From Octopus sinensis (taxonomy: Eukaryota): a DNA stretch of 64,000 nt. Of the stretch, positions 14,334 through 28,325 are shown in pieces (the first letter of the stretch is position 1; each line of letters begins with the position of its first letter). Under the pieces are notes generated by a model. The model was given only the letters and a program-made list of their open reading frames with translations, did not search any database and had not been told where the DNA came from. The position numbers and the translations under genes are program-made. The stretch covers positions 95,852,001 through 95,916,000 of the forward strand of contig NC_043003.1 of NCBI RefSeq assembly GCF_006345805.1. Reading direction: 5' to 3'.

Positions 14334-14594
14334 AGTGTGTGTGTGTATATATATATATATATGTAGGTCCCGGGTTGAGTCGGGGTTAACCACAGTAAAT
14401 AAGGTACTCAATACATAGCAGAGTAAATTAATTTATTATATAGAAGGAGCTTCTACAGGACTAGAACTGTTTCATTCAAAAGAAATCATCAGGAAGCTAG
14501 TAGACAAGAGTTCAACTCTTGTCTACTAGCTTCCTGATGATTTCTTTTGAATGAAACAGTTCTAGTCCTGTAGAAGCTCCTTCTATATAATAAA

Positions 14595-14626
<32 letters not shown>

Positions 14627-17600
14627 GCACATATACACACACACACATACATATATGTTTATCAGTTCATTTTGCAAGATTCCTGATGTGAAATCATGTG
14701 TTGAAACAGATATTGTTTTTATTTTGGGATGTTCATTTTTTTTTCTTTTGCCAAATAAACACATGCACTATATATATATATTTTTCTTCACTCATTTATT
14801 ACTGTTCTTATTTTATTATTTTAGCTCATGTTCATTGTCCAGAAATCTTTTGTCACACATCTGTGACCTCTTCAGTGACGAAAGATTTCTGGACAATGGA
14901 CATGAGTTAAAATAAAATAAGAACAGTAATAAATGAGTGAAGAAAAATATATATATAGTGCGTGTGTTTATTTGGCAAAAGAAGAAAAAAAATGACCATC
15001 CTGAAATACAAATATATATGGCTGTGTGGTAAGTAGCTTGCTTACGAACCACGTGGTTCCGGGTTCAGTCCAACTGCGTGGCACCTAGGGCAAGTTTCTT
15101 CTATTATAGCCTCAGGCCTACCAAAGCCATGTGAGTTGTTTTGGTAGACGGAGACTGAAAGAAGCCCGTCGCGTATATGTATATATATGTATGTGTGTGT
15201 ATATGTTTGTGTGTTTGTGTTTGCCCCCCCCCCCCCAACATCGCTTGACAACCGTTGCTGGTGTGTTTATGTCCCTGTAACTTAGTGGTTCAGTAAAAGA
15301 GGCTGATAGAATAAGTTCTAGGCTTACAAAGAATAAGTCTTGGGGTCAATTTGCTTGACTAAAGGCAGTGCTCCAGCATGGCTACAGTCACATGACTGAA
15401 ACAAGTAAAAGAGTAAAGAGTATACTCTTTTTACTCTTTTACTTGTTTCAGTCATTTGACTGCGGCCATGCTGGAGCACCGCCTTTAATCGAGCAACTTG
15501 ACCCCGAGACTTATTCTTTGTAAGCCCAGTAGTTAAGATAATTGTCTAAGATAATTCTTTCTTCTAAGTTTGTTGCTAATCATGATTATTGAACTCGTCA
15601 ATCATAATACAGCCACAACCAAACTCTACTCTACAAAACTCTTGGAATATGAGAAGAAAATTTCGCATTTTACTTATTCCAGTCATTAGACTGCTGCCAT
15701 GCTGGGGCACCACCTTCAAGAATTTTTAGCTGAGTGAATCGACCCCAGTCCTTATATTTTTAAAATCTGGTACTTATTCTATCGATCTCTCTTGTCAAAC
15801 CGCCAAGTTACGGGGACGTAAACACACCAACACCAGATGTGAAGCGGTGATGGGGAACAAAAACACAGACACACACACACTTATACATACATATACACGT
15901 CAGTATTCTTTCAGTTTCCTTCTACCAAATCCACTCACAAGTCTTTCGTCGGCCCAAGGCTGTAGTAGAAGACGTGGTGGGACTGAACCCAGAACCATGT
16001 GGTTGGGAAGCCATCTTCTTAATACACAGCTACGGACGCACCTGAAAACTATTTATAGGAATGTAAACGAATAACGGTTTTGGAAAAAGAAGTGTAATAT
16101 AGACAACCAACTTTGTTAGTTTTGAATCTTCCCAATTATATAATTTTTCATTATATATATATATATACCCCCTACTCATTCTAAGTACCCCGGATCCCCA
16201 AAGTACCCTGGATCCCCAAAGTACCCCGGACCTCGTTGCCCATGTGCCGCTGACACGTTAAAATGCTCGAACCGATCGTGACGATGCCGGACCCTCCGGC
16301 CCCTGTGCAGGTGGCACGTAAAAAGCACCCAATCCACTCACGGAGTGGTTGGCGTTAGGAAGGGCATCCAGCCGTAGAAACTCTGCCAGATTCAGACTGG
16401 AGCCTGGTGCGGCCCCTGGCTTCCCAGACCCGGTCAAACCGTCCAACCCGTGCTAGCGCGGAAAGCGGACGTTAAACGATGATGATGATGATGATGATAT
16501 ATATTGACGGGAGAGGTATGCAGTAATATATATCTGGAAGATCCTGGAAAGAATTGTGCCAAATTTTTGGCATTGAAAGCTACACCAATGCCAGAACGGG
16601 AAGACACTGCATAGTGCCAAAGGTCCCAGCAATGCCATCACGCTTCTGGACCAGTTACTGCAACAGCCTGGGTTTCAAGGGCCCACAGCTTTTTAATATT
16701 CTCCCAAAGAGTCTGAGGAACTTGCACAAGGTAGATGTAGGGTTTTTTAAATCAAAGCTGGACCTCTTCCTGTTGAGAGTCCCAGATGAACCTATCTCAC
16801 GGCAAGAGGTGCAAATGAGGATAGCTATTTCAAACTCCATGCTTCACCAAGTGCCACATATTAGAGGAGACACTTAGTAATAACAGTGCAGCAAAACGGT
16901 GGTGCATCAGCATGGCCACAGCTCTGAGCTGAAACTAGAGAAAAAAAAATTTTACCGATCTTTATTTCTTTTATAGTGCGCTATAAGAAATTACACAAGA
17001 CAGATAACTCTTGAACCCAATTACTAAGTTATCTCCCTTGAAATATTTGTATTTCTACACTTACGGGTTGATAAAGTCGTGAATTTTTTGCACCTGCAAA
17101 TGATAATTCTGTTAGCATTGAAAATATTTCTTCATTAACATGCCATCTGATGATTGTCTTTCCAGCAACAAATGTTAAGTAATGGTAAAATAATCAACTG
17201 TTACAATAATGTAAATATAATATGTAGGAAGAAATTTGTGTGACTTGATATGATAAACTAAAAACTAAATGTTAAACTTTTAGTGTTTTAATCATACCAA
17301 ATTCCCTCTGGTTCATTTATTGCCAGTTTGAAAACTCAGCAAGGATTATTGGTCGATTTTGGTTCCTTTCCCCAGAAAGTGGTTGAACTTCTGAATTTAT
17401 GTTTATTAGAAGAAGATAAAGAAGTCCCTAAGTAAGTTGTAAAACCTCATTTATAATTTTTATTAAATCTCTGAAATAGAATCAAGTATTGATTTATGAT
17501 TTATTTGTTAACATGTAACATGCACAAATGTTTAATTGATTTCTTTCAAGTATATCATTTTGACGGCAGCAAAAAAAAAAGTGTTCTTTTGAATCTTTAA

Positions 17601-18470
17601 ATGCACCTTCATTACATTTACCATAATAGAGTGGAAAAGAAGAGACTATCAGGGATTAGTACTTAAGATTTTGATTTTTAGTTTTAAGAGTAGCATATTT
17701 TACGGTAAGTATTTTTGTATTTAGAGGAGTTTATCTTGAAAAATAACCAGATACCTATTTCTTTACTACCCACAAGGGGCTAAACACAGAGGGGGCAAAC
17801 AATGACTGCCAAACTGATTAAGTCGATTTCATTGACCCCAGTGCATAACTGGTACTTAATTTATCGACCCTGAAAGGATGAAAGGCAAAATCGACCTCGG
17901 CGAAATTTGAACTCGGAACGTAACGATAGACGAAATACTGCTAAGCATTTCGTCCGGCGTGCTAACGTTTCTGCCAGCGGCAGTACTAGTGGATGAAGAT
18001 CTATGATCTCAATGATTATACGCCTTACTTCCCTGGGCAAGGACACATTGAAACTCCGATGTCTGGCAGCTGACTTGGCAGACACCCATAAAATTATCAG
18101 CCATCTTACAAACAATAACTCTGAGCACCTTTTCGAACTCCACCCGTCTAACACCCGTGGACATATTTACAAAATCAGAAAACAGCACAGTTCCCATGAC
18201 TTTAGGAAACATTTTTTCACGCTGAGAGTTGCTGAAGCATGGAACAAACTGCCGGCATCAGTTGTTAGTTGTCGGAGCACTGCATCCTTCAAAACTTCCA
18301 TGCTTCCTGAGATTTGCCAACACTACACCTGATTTTCTCCCCTCCATACACACACAAACATGTATCTGACTCATACATTGTTCACTTTCCAGACATTTGT
18401 ACATTACTGCATATACTCTATACGCACTTTTGACAAGTTGTGGTGCACCTGAGCACTGTATGCAATACTT

Positions 18471-18505
<35 letters not shown>

Positions 18506-19546
18506 CTTGTAGCAGTGGGTAATGCCAGACAGACAAGTCAAACTGCATCAGAGGCATTTCTTTGTTGAAGAAAGAAATACTTGGAAATGAAAAGGAGCCA
18601 CTACTGCTAATTATGGGTCTGCTTTCATTATGGGTCTGGAGAAGACAACTTAGAAACATATAAGAGAATCTTTCTCCTAATCATTACATGGAGTATCTTG
18701 AATGGTTCCCAGGAAACATAGTTGACCACTGGCCTTGTTCTATCTTGCCTGAATTATACACACTATATTTGTTGACTAATATTGACTAATTATCATGAGA
18801 TTTCATCATCATCATCATCATCATCATCATTTAATACCCATTTTCAATGCTGGCATGGGCTGGATGGCTTGATGGGAGCTGGCGAGGCCTGGAGCCATAC
18901 CAGGTCCCATAGTCTGTTGTAGTAGTTAATCTTGTAGCCCTGTTAGTAGGTTATTGGTGCACACTGAAAGATCTAGCTTTCTTGTAATTCAAGGTGCTGC
19001 TGGTACCCCCCCCCCCACCAAAAAAAACAAAATCAAGGCCATTTAACTGATTGATAAAGGTTCATTCACCAATGTTACCACTGTTAGCTCATGCTTGTGT
19101 TGTTTCCTCTCTTTGATCCTTATAGCAATTCTAGCCTGGCTTTTTTTTTTAACTAGCCATCCTCTTTATCTGAACCAACTTCTTCTGCTCCTGTCCTATC
19201 TTTAATGTTTTACCTCCTAGGCACCACTAGACATTGTCTATTCTTTCTATCTCAGAATTACAATCTCATGGAATTCTCTTCTAACCTATATTTTCCTTAG
19301 AGACATCGACCTACAGATGTTCAAAATCAACCCCACTAATCTGTGAGGCTGCAGAAGTCATGGAAATTGACTTAATTACTCTGATTATTTTGTAGTAGTA
19401 GTAGTAGTAGTAGTAGTAGTCCTTTCTACTAAAGAGTACAAGGCTTGAATTTCAGGGGTGGAGTCTAAGTCGATTACATCAACCCCTGTGTTCAACTGGT
19501 ACTTATTTTATCGACCCTAAAAGGATGAAAGGCAAAGTCACCCTTG

Positions 19547-19583
<37 letters not shown>

Positions 19584-22500
19584 TAAGGCAGTGAGCTGGC
19601 AGAATTGTTATACCAGGTGAAATGCTTAGTGCTATGTTCTGAGTTCAAATTCTGCTGAGGTTGACTTTGCCTTTCCTCCTTCTGGAGTCAATAAAATGAG
19701 TACTGGGATGATGTAATTAACTACCTCCCCCACCCCACTTCTCTGAAATTATTGGCCTTGTGCTAAAATTTAAAATCAATAATGATGATAAATTCTTGCC
19801 TATTTCCTAGAGAGTGAGCATTGTAGAACTTGTCAAATTGAATCCAATAAATGTTTTCAGTTCCCAGTGCCATAAATTCTTTCAGTGATTTCGTTTAGAA
19901 TTTAGACACTTTTGTTAATGATTTTGTTATAATTGTATAACGCTGGGTGTTAGGCAGGGCATCCAGCCTTAGAAAACATACCAGATCAGATGGGAGTCTG
20001 GTACAGCTCCTCAGCTTGCCAGCTCTGGTCAAACCATCTGACTCATGCCAGCATGGACAGTGGATGTTAGATGATGATAATGATGATGTATCCTACCACT
20101 TGCCTGTAAATGGAGGTTGAATTCTGGTTTACTCCAGTATCTCTTGGTGAAACTACACTGGACTGGTTTTTTATTAACTCCTCTGAGCCCACTGGAAGAC
20201 TTGCAGTGTAAGATAAGGAAACACTTATTTAACTGTACAGTACTCCTGCTGATTATCCTTGAGCTATATTTATCTTTCTACACAGACACACGCACACACA
20301 CATTCATGTATCCAGTGTATTATTTATAATTAGTGGAGGCGCAATGGCCCAGTGGTTAGGGCAGCGGACTCGCGGTCATAGGATCGCGGTTTCAATTCCC
20401 AGACCGGGCGTTGTGAGTGTTTATTGAGCAAAAACACCTAAAAGCTCCACGAGGCTCCAGCAGGGGATGGTGGTGATCCCTGCTATACTCTTTCACCACA
20501 ACTTTCTCTCACTCTTACTTCCTGTTTCTGTTGTACCTGTATTTCAAGGGGCCGGCCTTGTCACTCTCTGTGTCACGCTGAATATCCCCGAGAACTACGT
20601 TAAGGGTGCACGTGTCTGTGGAGTGCTCAGCCACTTACACGTTAATTTCACGAGCAGGCTGTTCCGTTGATTCAGATCAACCGGAACACTCATCGTCGTA
20701 ACCGACGGAGTGCTTCCACTCATATTTATAATTAAATGACTTGGGGCATCAGATGCATATCAGTTTCAGTTATGTATCTGATAGTGTAAATTTTAGCCAA
20801 ATATGATTTCTATGCATGTTTGTCTCAGTATTGATTTTTTATTAATATTGAAGGCTATTTTTTTTTGTTTTTACTTAGATTCATTTTGCAGCTCTTGAAT
20901 CAAGGTGGAGTGAATCAAATTCGGCCGATAGCTGTTTTAAATATTGTTGAGACCAATCCATTTAAACATTTGACTCACCTTTCATTGAAGTTTCTACCTG
21001 GACAAGACAGCGATGTGAAAAAATATCTTGCTGATTGCTTGAAGCAGTTAAAGGTATTGCTTATCCTGCTTTTTTCTTAACATTGTTCTAACTACATAAT
21101 TCAATGCTTGGAAGTCTCAGGGGATAGGCTGCATATGTGTGCAGAAGCAATGTGTTCACATCCCATTGTTACTTTCTTTCTTGATTAAAGACTAAGGTTT
21201 GACTTGATTTGAACTTGTCTCTTAGTTTAATCCTTTAACTTTTAAAATACTCTGTCAAGTGTAATAATTTTTTATTCTCATTCTTCTGAATTAATCATGT
21301 ATTAACTTGTAGCTTTATGTTGCGATTTCGATGATGTGATTGTTTATTTTTAGAATGACATTGTAGGGTTGGTGTGAGATGCTGGATCTGGCTGATTTGA
21401 ATGGGCTGTATATGGCCGGTTTAAATGCTAAATTCTAAAGGGTTAAGGCAGCATATCTGTTTAAGAATTTATGGGATAATGTAATTCTAACAAAGTCAAT
21501 GAAGAGACCTTACAAGAAGAAGGTCAAGCCTGTGGCAGTGGAGTCCTCTGGCCTTCTCAGTCCCCAAACCACATCCTTGTTCACCATTATCAGGGCAGAA
21601 GTGGATGTCTGCAAGTGTGAACCCCATGAGTCTGAGTGGCTGTTTCCGTGCATCTCCTTTGGCATCCTCCAGGGCAACGCCTTTTCCATTTTGTCTGCTG
21701 GGACCATGAGGTGGCATAGCTTAGTTTATCTGGCTATAAATATTTACTCCAGTGAGAATTATCTCCCAATACCAAACAATAAAAGTTGTTACATAATTGT
21801 CAGTTTCATTTGCTTGTCATGATGTGCACAATTTCTGACATTAACATAGATAAGGCAATCTGTTATCTTTTTATTTAAAATAATAATAATAATAAATAAT
21901 GAAATTATTGTATACAGTGCTCAGGTGCACCACAGCTTGTCAGAAAGTGCGTATAGAGTATATGCAGTAATGTACAAATGTCTGGAAAGCGAACAATGCA
22001 TGAGTCAGATACATGCTTGTGTGTGTATGGAGGGGAGAAAATCTGGAAGTTTTGAAGGATGCAGTGCTCCGACAACTAACAACTGATGCCGGCAGTTTGT
22101 TCCATGCTTCAGCAACTCTTAGCGTGAAAAAATGTTTCCTAAAGTCATGAGAGCTGTACTGTTTTCTGACTTTGTAAATATGTCCACGGGTGTTAGATGG
22201 GTGGAGTTTGAAAAGGTGCTCAGAGTTATTGTTTGTATGATGGTTGATAATTTTATGGGTGTTTGCCAAGTCAGCTGTCAGTTATTGGAGTGTGACCTTC
22301 CTGGGGTACTGCCTTGAAGGGTTTTATTTGAACGAATGAACCCTAGTAATTTATTTTTTAAAGCCTGGTACTTATTCTGTTGGTCTCTTACGTTGAACTA
22401 CTAAGTTATGGGGATGTAAATAAACTGACACTGGTTGTTAAATTGATGGTAGAAGACACACTACAAAAACGTGCTCACATAAATATGTACTTATTTATGT

Positions 22501-23620
22501 AAGTATGTAACAGGCTTCTTTCAGTTTTCATCTACTAAATCTACTCATAAGGCTTTGGTTGGTCTGAGGCTACAGTAAAAAAAACACTTGTACAAGGTGC
22601 TGTGCTATGGGACCAAACCTGGAGCCATGTGGTTGGACAGAAAATGCCTGCACCTCATCATCATCATCATTATCATCGTTTAATGTCTGTTTTCCATGCT
22701 GGTATCAATTGAACTGTTTGACTGGAGCTGGTAAGGCTAAGGGCCACACCAGGCCCCATTGTCTGTTCTGGCATGGTTTCTACAGCTGGATGCCTTTCCT
22801 AATATCAACCACTCCATGGAATATACTAGGTGCTCTTTACATGGCATGAGCACAAGTACTTTTTATATAGTGCCAGCACTAGTAAAAAAAGAAAAGATTA
22901 CCCCTTTAGTTTGTTTACTGAATGATTGTTTACTGAAGATGGTAATCTTTTGTTGTTTCACTAAATAATTGCATTATGAAAAATACATTTACATGCTTAA
23001 AGTTTATAGCATTTTTATTATCAACTTATTTATAACTTTTTGTTTTAACTTTGTGTCTTTCATTCAGGAAACCAATGAATTGTTACACCAGCGTCTGGAA
23101 CACACAAACACTGATTTATCTCAACGTCTAAAACAGGCTGAAGAAGTTAGTCCTTATACATTTTATTTTGGAATGTTTTTTTTTCAATTAAAATAGCTCC
23201 AGATCTTACACTTCACACTTATCCTCAATAAACTCTTCAATTTCTCTTTCTCTTCCCCCCATCTCACTTTCTCTCTTTCTCCAGGCATCTATCCCTATAT
23301 TTGGCAACATACTTCAGACAGTTCCATTCCTGAAAGGGTAACTTCTCTGTAACACTGCTAGCTCTCTCACTTCTAAAATCTGTGAGGTGCTGAAAACAGT
23401 TGTTAACAATAAACTTCCTTTATCATCTAAGGCATTGAGCTGGCAGAATTGTTAGCATGTTGTCCATCCTTATGTTCTGAGTTCAAATATCACTGAGGTT
23501 GATTTTTAGGGTTGATAAATTAAGTACCAGTGAAACACTGGGGTGGTGTGTGGGAGGATTGATGTAATCGACTAGTCCCCTCCCCTCCAAATTTCAGGCT
23601 TTGTGCTTTTAGTAGAAAGG

Positions 23621-23658
<38 letters not shown>

Positions 23659-26600
23659 CGCTACCACCACTACTACTATTACTACTACTACTACTACAAC
23701 ATTCTGAGTTCAAATTCCACTGAAGTTGACTTTGCCTTTCATCCTTTTGGGGTCAATAAATTACCAGTGAAACACTGGGGGTCAATGTAATTGACTTGTC
23801 CCCTCCTCCAAAATTTTGGGGCTTGTGCCTTTAGTAGAAAGGATTACTAGTATGGCTTCAGCAGAGTCAGATTTTCCAGAGATCTGCTTTTCTGTGTTAT
23901 TCACCAATGGTCTCTTGCTTCTGAGAGCTTCGATGAAAAGCAATATTGTTGCATTTGATCATAACAATGCTTTCAATTGTATCTTCTCACTAAGCTGCCT
24001 GCATACAATCTTCATATACTTTTTTTGTGGCGACTGTGACCCGTGTTCTGGAGAATCCAGCACAGCATGTCAAAGAAGACATCATCATCATCGTTTAACG
24101 TCCGCTTTCCATGCTAGCATGGGTTGGACGGTTCAACTGGGGTCTGGGAAGCCCTAAGGCTGCACCAAGCCAGTCAGATCTGGCGGTGTTTCTACAGCTG
24201 GATACCCTTCCTAACGCCAACCACTCCGTGAGTGTAGTGGGTGCTTTTTACGTGCCAGACGAGGCTGGCGAACGGCCACGCTCGGATGGTGTTTTTACGT
24301 GCCACCGGCACGGAGGCCAGGCGAGGCTGGCACGGCCACGATTGGATGGTGTTTGTTACGTGCCACCAGCACGGAGGCCAGGTGAGGCTGGCACAGCCAC
24401 GATTGGATGGTGTTTGTTACGTGCCACCAGCACGGAGGCCAGTCGATGCGGTGCTGGCTACGGCCACGTTCGGATGGAAACAAATTGAGGAAGACCTGAC
24501 TTTGACCTTGAGCACCATGGATTGAAAAGCATGGAATAACATCCTCACCAGAGTTTGCCGTCCAGCTGCACCCACAGCAGCATATTGGTTGAGAGGACAG
24601 CCTCCCCTTCTAATCACCAGCTAGGGATTTACTTACTTACTACTTACATATTTTAAAATTATTTATTTTGGAACATTTTTGTCATCTACAACATATATTG
24701 ATTTGGCTGTCACTAACCAACCCTGAATGAGCTCTTATGTAGCATAATGAGCTGTAATAACCTCTACAGTCTTCCCTCAGTACACACATATACATCACCC
24801 GTGTGCTATTATGTCTAACACCATTACAAATGATATTATGCATCACTCCTCCTTAGTCTTTTGTACATTCACTCCTTAAAAATTTTTCATGAAATCTTTT
24901 CTTTATATTCATTGACCTTAAATTTGTTCAAGTTAAACATGAGCCACATCAGCCTCACTAATCTTGGAGGACCTGCAAAGATTGTGAGAGCAAATCTTAG
25001 TTCTCATTAGGGGTAAAAATTAAATTTTCTTTCTGTAGGAATATGAAGAAAACCTTTCAAGTGAGAAATTTAAAGCGTTTGAAGTAACTGAATGTCATGC
25101 GCACGCACACACATACACACACACACACATACATCCATCTCATTTACATGGTATGTATTTGAATTTTACTTTGAATTGCAGAAACTGTCAACAAGAACAA
25201 CTGAACTGGAAAGTCTTAAAACTGAATGGACATGCAAAATTAATGAATTAACTGCTAATCATAAAGAAGAGCTGAGCCTTGAGAAAGAGCAATGTTTTGA
25301 GGTAAGAATCCCAAACACTCAAACTACTGAATCTGAAATGGTTATCACAGAATAATATCTTTTGTCTTAATATTTGAGATGATTTCTTATAATAATAATA
25401 ATAATAATAATAATTGTGTACAGTGCTCAGGTGCACTACAACTCATCTAAAGTGTATATATAATCAGGTGTAGTTTCGACGGATTTCGGGAAGCATGAGG
25501 GCCTTAAAGGATGCAGTGTCATGGCAGTCAACAACTGATGCAGGCAGTTTATTCCACGCTTCAGCAACCCTGAGCGTGAAAAAATGTTTCCGAAAGTCAT
25601 GGGAGCTGTGCTGTTTTCTGACTTTGTAGGCATGTCCACGTGTGTTAGACACATGGAGATCAAAAAGGTGTTCAGTGTTGTTGTTGGTGAGGTGGTTGAT
25701 AACCTTGTGGGTGTTTACCAAGTCCGTCGCTAGACGCCGGAGCTTCAGTGAATCCATGCCCAGGGAAACAAGGCGCTCAGAATATGGTAGGTGTCTGATG
25801 GAGGGTATGCGTTTGGTTGCACGTCTCTGGACAGATTCCAGGAGGTCAATGTTCCTTTAGTGAAGCCTTTGTTTTTTTTATAATTAGATTTTTCTCTTGG
25901 GGACGAGGGATTGGGGGCATAGCCATAAAGGACATGCCTGTATGTATGGATGGCTGCAATTCTACTTAGCTTGTCATGTCTTCTCAAGTACAGCAAATCG
26001 CTACAAGTCCCAATCCTTTGTCATCTCAGTGAGGCCCCACATCTGAAGATCCTTTCTCACCACTTTGTCCCATGTCTTCCTGAGTTTACTCCTTCCACAG
26101 GTTCCCTTCACAATTAGAGATCGGCACTTCTTTAAGCAGCTGTTCTCATCCATATGCATCACGTGACCATACCAGCATAGTCTTCTCTCTTACAACATCA
26201 ATGCCACTTAGTTTTCCTTGTAAATCATTTACACTCTGTTGTACGTGCACACTGACATTACCCATCCAGCAGCACATGATGGCTTCATTTCTTTCAAGCT
26301 TTTGCATGGCCTCTGTAATCACAGCCCATGTTTTACTGCCATGCAGCATAGCTGTATAGACATAGGCATTGTACAATCTGCCTTTCACTCTATTAAATTT
26401 TGCTCATAGTCATTTTGCACTTAACCCTTTTGATACCAACCTGGCTGAAACTGGCTCTGGCTCTGTAGTACAAACGTCTTGTTTTCATAAGTTCTGAATT
26501 AAAATCTTCCACCAAACCTTAGTCACAATTTATGTTCCTAACACTAGCTTATTGATAACTAAGTTATTTTACTAAATTCTGTTATATTTAAAGTAATTAA

Positions 26601-28280
26601 AAGAAACACAGAACATCTCAAAATAAATGCAGTAATGAAAGGGTTAAAATATTAAAAAATGTCTTGCTTAGTGATAACTAGATCCGTTCACCATTCTGTA
26701 TGATGTATCATTTTTATGGCTTATTGTTTTTACGACTTGTTTATGACAGTACCAATTAAATCATGAAGTGTTTCATAACCTTTGCATACATTTATGTACA
26801 ATTATTTATCAAGTTGGTTCTTTGAGAGATAGATCATTGTGTAGGATGTTAGTCTATCATATCTTTTGTCTTTTACTTGTTTCAGTCATTGGACTGTGAC
26901 CATGCTGGGGCACCACCTTGAAGAATTTTAGTCGAACTTATTAACCTCGGTACTTGTTATTTTTTTGTGAAGCCTTGTGCTAATTCTGTTGGTTTCTTTG
27001 TCTCTTTTACGGGGACATGAACAAACCAACATTGGTTGTCAATTAGTGGTGGAGGACAAACACATAAACAAAGATGTACACACACACACAACAGGTTTCT
27101 TTCAGTTTCCATCTACCAAATCCACTCACGAGACTTTTGTCATCCCGAGGCTATAGTAGAAGCCATTTGCCCAAAGTGTCATATAGTGGGACTGAACCTG
27201 AAACCATGTGTTTGGGAAACAAACTTCTTACCACGCAGCTATACCTGCACCTATCATAGATAACATTTCCAGAAGATTTCATACAACAACAGCCTGAAGT
27301 GAGAGCCTTTAAATGGAATGCTCAGTTGTGGACTCAAGCCCTGAAATAGTTTAGATCAGGTCCAAACTTATGACCTCCAACAACCATCTATCTTACTTCT
27401 CTGTATCTATTCTATATTCTCCTCTCCAATTATGTGTCTCACTCTCCTTTATTTTATTTATTTATTTATTTTGTGTTTCCAGATAAAGAACAGCTGTCAG
27501 TTGAAATTGGAGAATGAACGTAAAGAGCTTGAACAGTCTCATATGAGGATTGTAAAGCAGATGGAGGCAAAATTATTTGAAGCTGAATCCTCCAATAAAG
27601 TATGTATGTCTTGGTTTTAAACTTCAAAAAATTCATCTGTTCTCTCAACTATGTAGTTTTCTTGTTATTTCTCAAGCATTTCTTAATCAGGGCTTTCATT
27701 GCTTTCTTTAACACTTTAGCATTCAGATTATTCTGTCATGAAGGCACATGGCTCAGTGGTTAGAGCATCGAGCTTACAATCGTGAGGTTGTGAGTTCGAA
27801 TCCTGGACTGGGCTGCGCGTTGTGTTCTTGAGCAAAACACTTTATTTCACGTTGCTCCTGTTCACTCAGCTGTTGAAATGAGTTGCGACATCACTGGTGC
27901 CAAGCTGTATCGGCCTTTGCCTTTCCCTTGGATAACACTGGTGGCATGGAGAGGGGAGGCCGGTATGCATGGGCGACTGTTGGTCTTTTATAAACAACTT
28001 TGCCCGGACTTGTGCCTCAGAGGGTAACTTTCTAGGTGCAATCCCATGGTCAGTCATGACCAAAGGGGGTCTCAGCATATTCTGTCAAAAGATATGCTTA
28101 TTTATTCACATTGTTTTGAATTAATCATGCATTATCTCACAGCTTTGAGAGTTCAGTAATGGGATTGTTTATGTTCAAAATAACATTTTAGGGTAGGTGT
28201 GAAATGTTGGATCTGGCCCGATTTAAATGCTAAAAGGTTACTACTACTACTACTACTACCATCACCACCACCACCACCAT

Positions 28281-28325
<45 letters not shown>

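Larger units (their letters stand above)
14363..14594 (-). mobile_element. Penelope-like element terminus with inverted duplication, between (TA)n tracts
   Basis: Perfect palindrome 14432-14594 containing an HHR core; (TA)n on both sides. Confidence 0.7.

Noticed and set aside
20333-20410. tRNA gene (also heads at about 27739, 28733, 30913 and the family-A heads)
   Set aside because: tRNA-like A/B boxes run into multi-copy SINE bodies with TSDs; no complete acceptor stem was seen.
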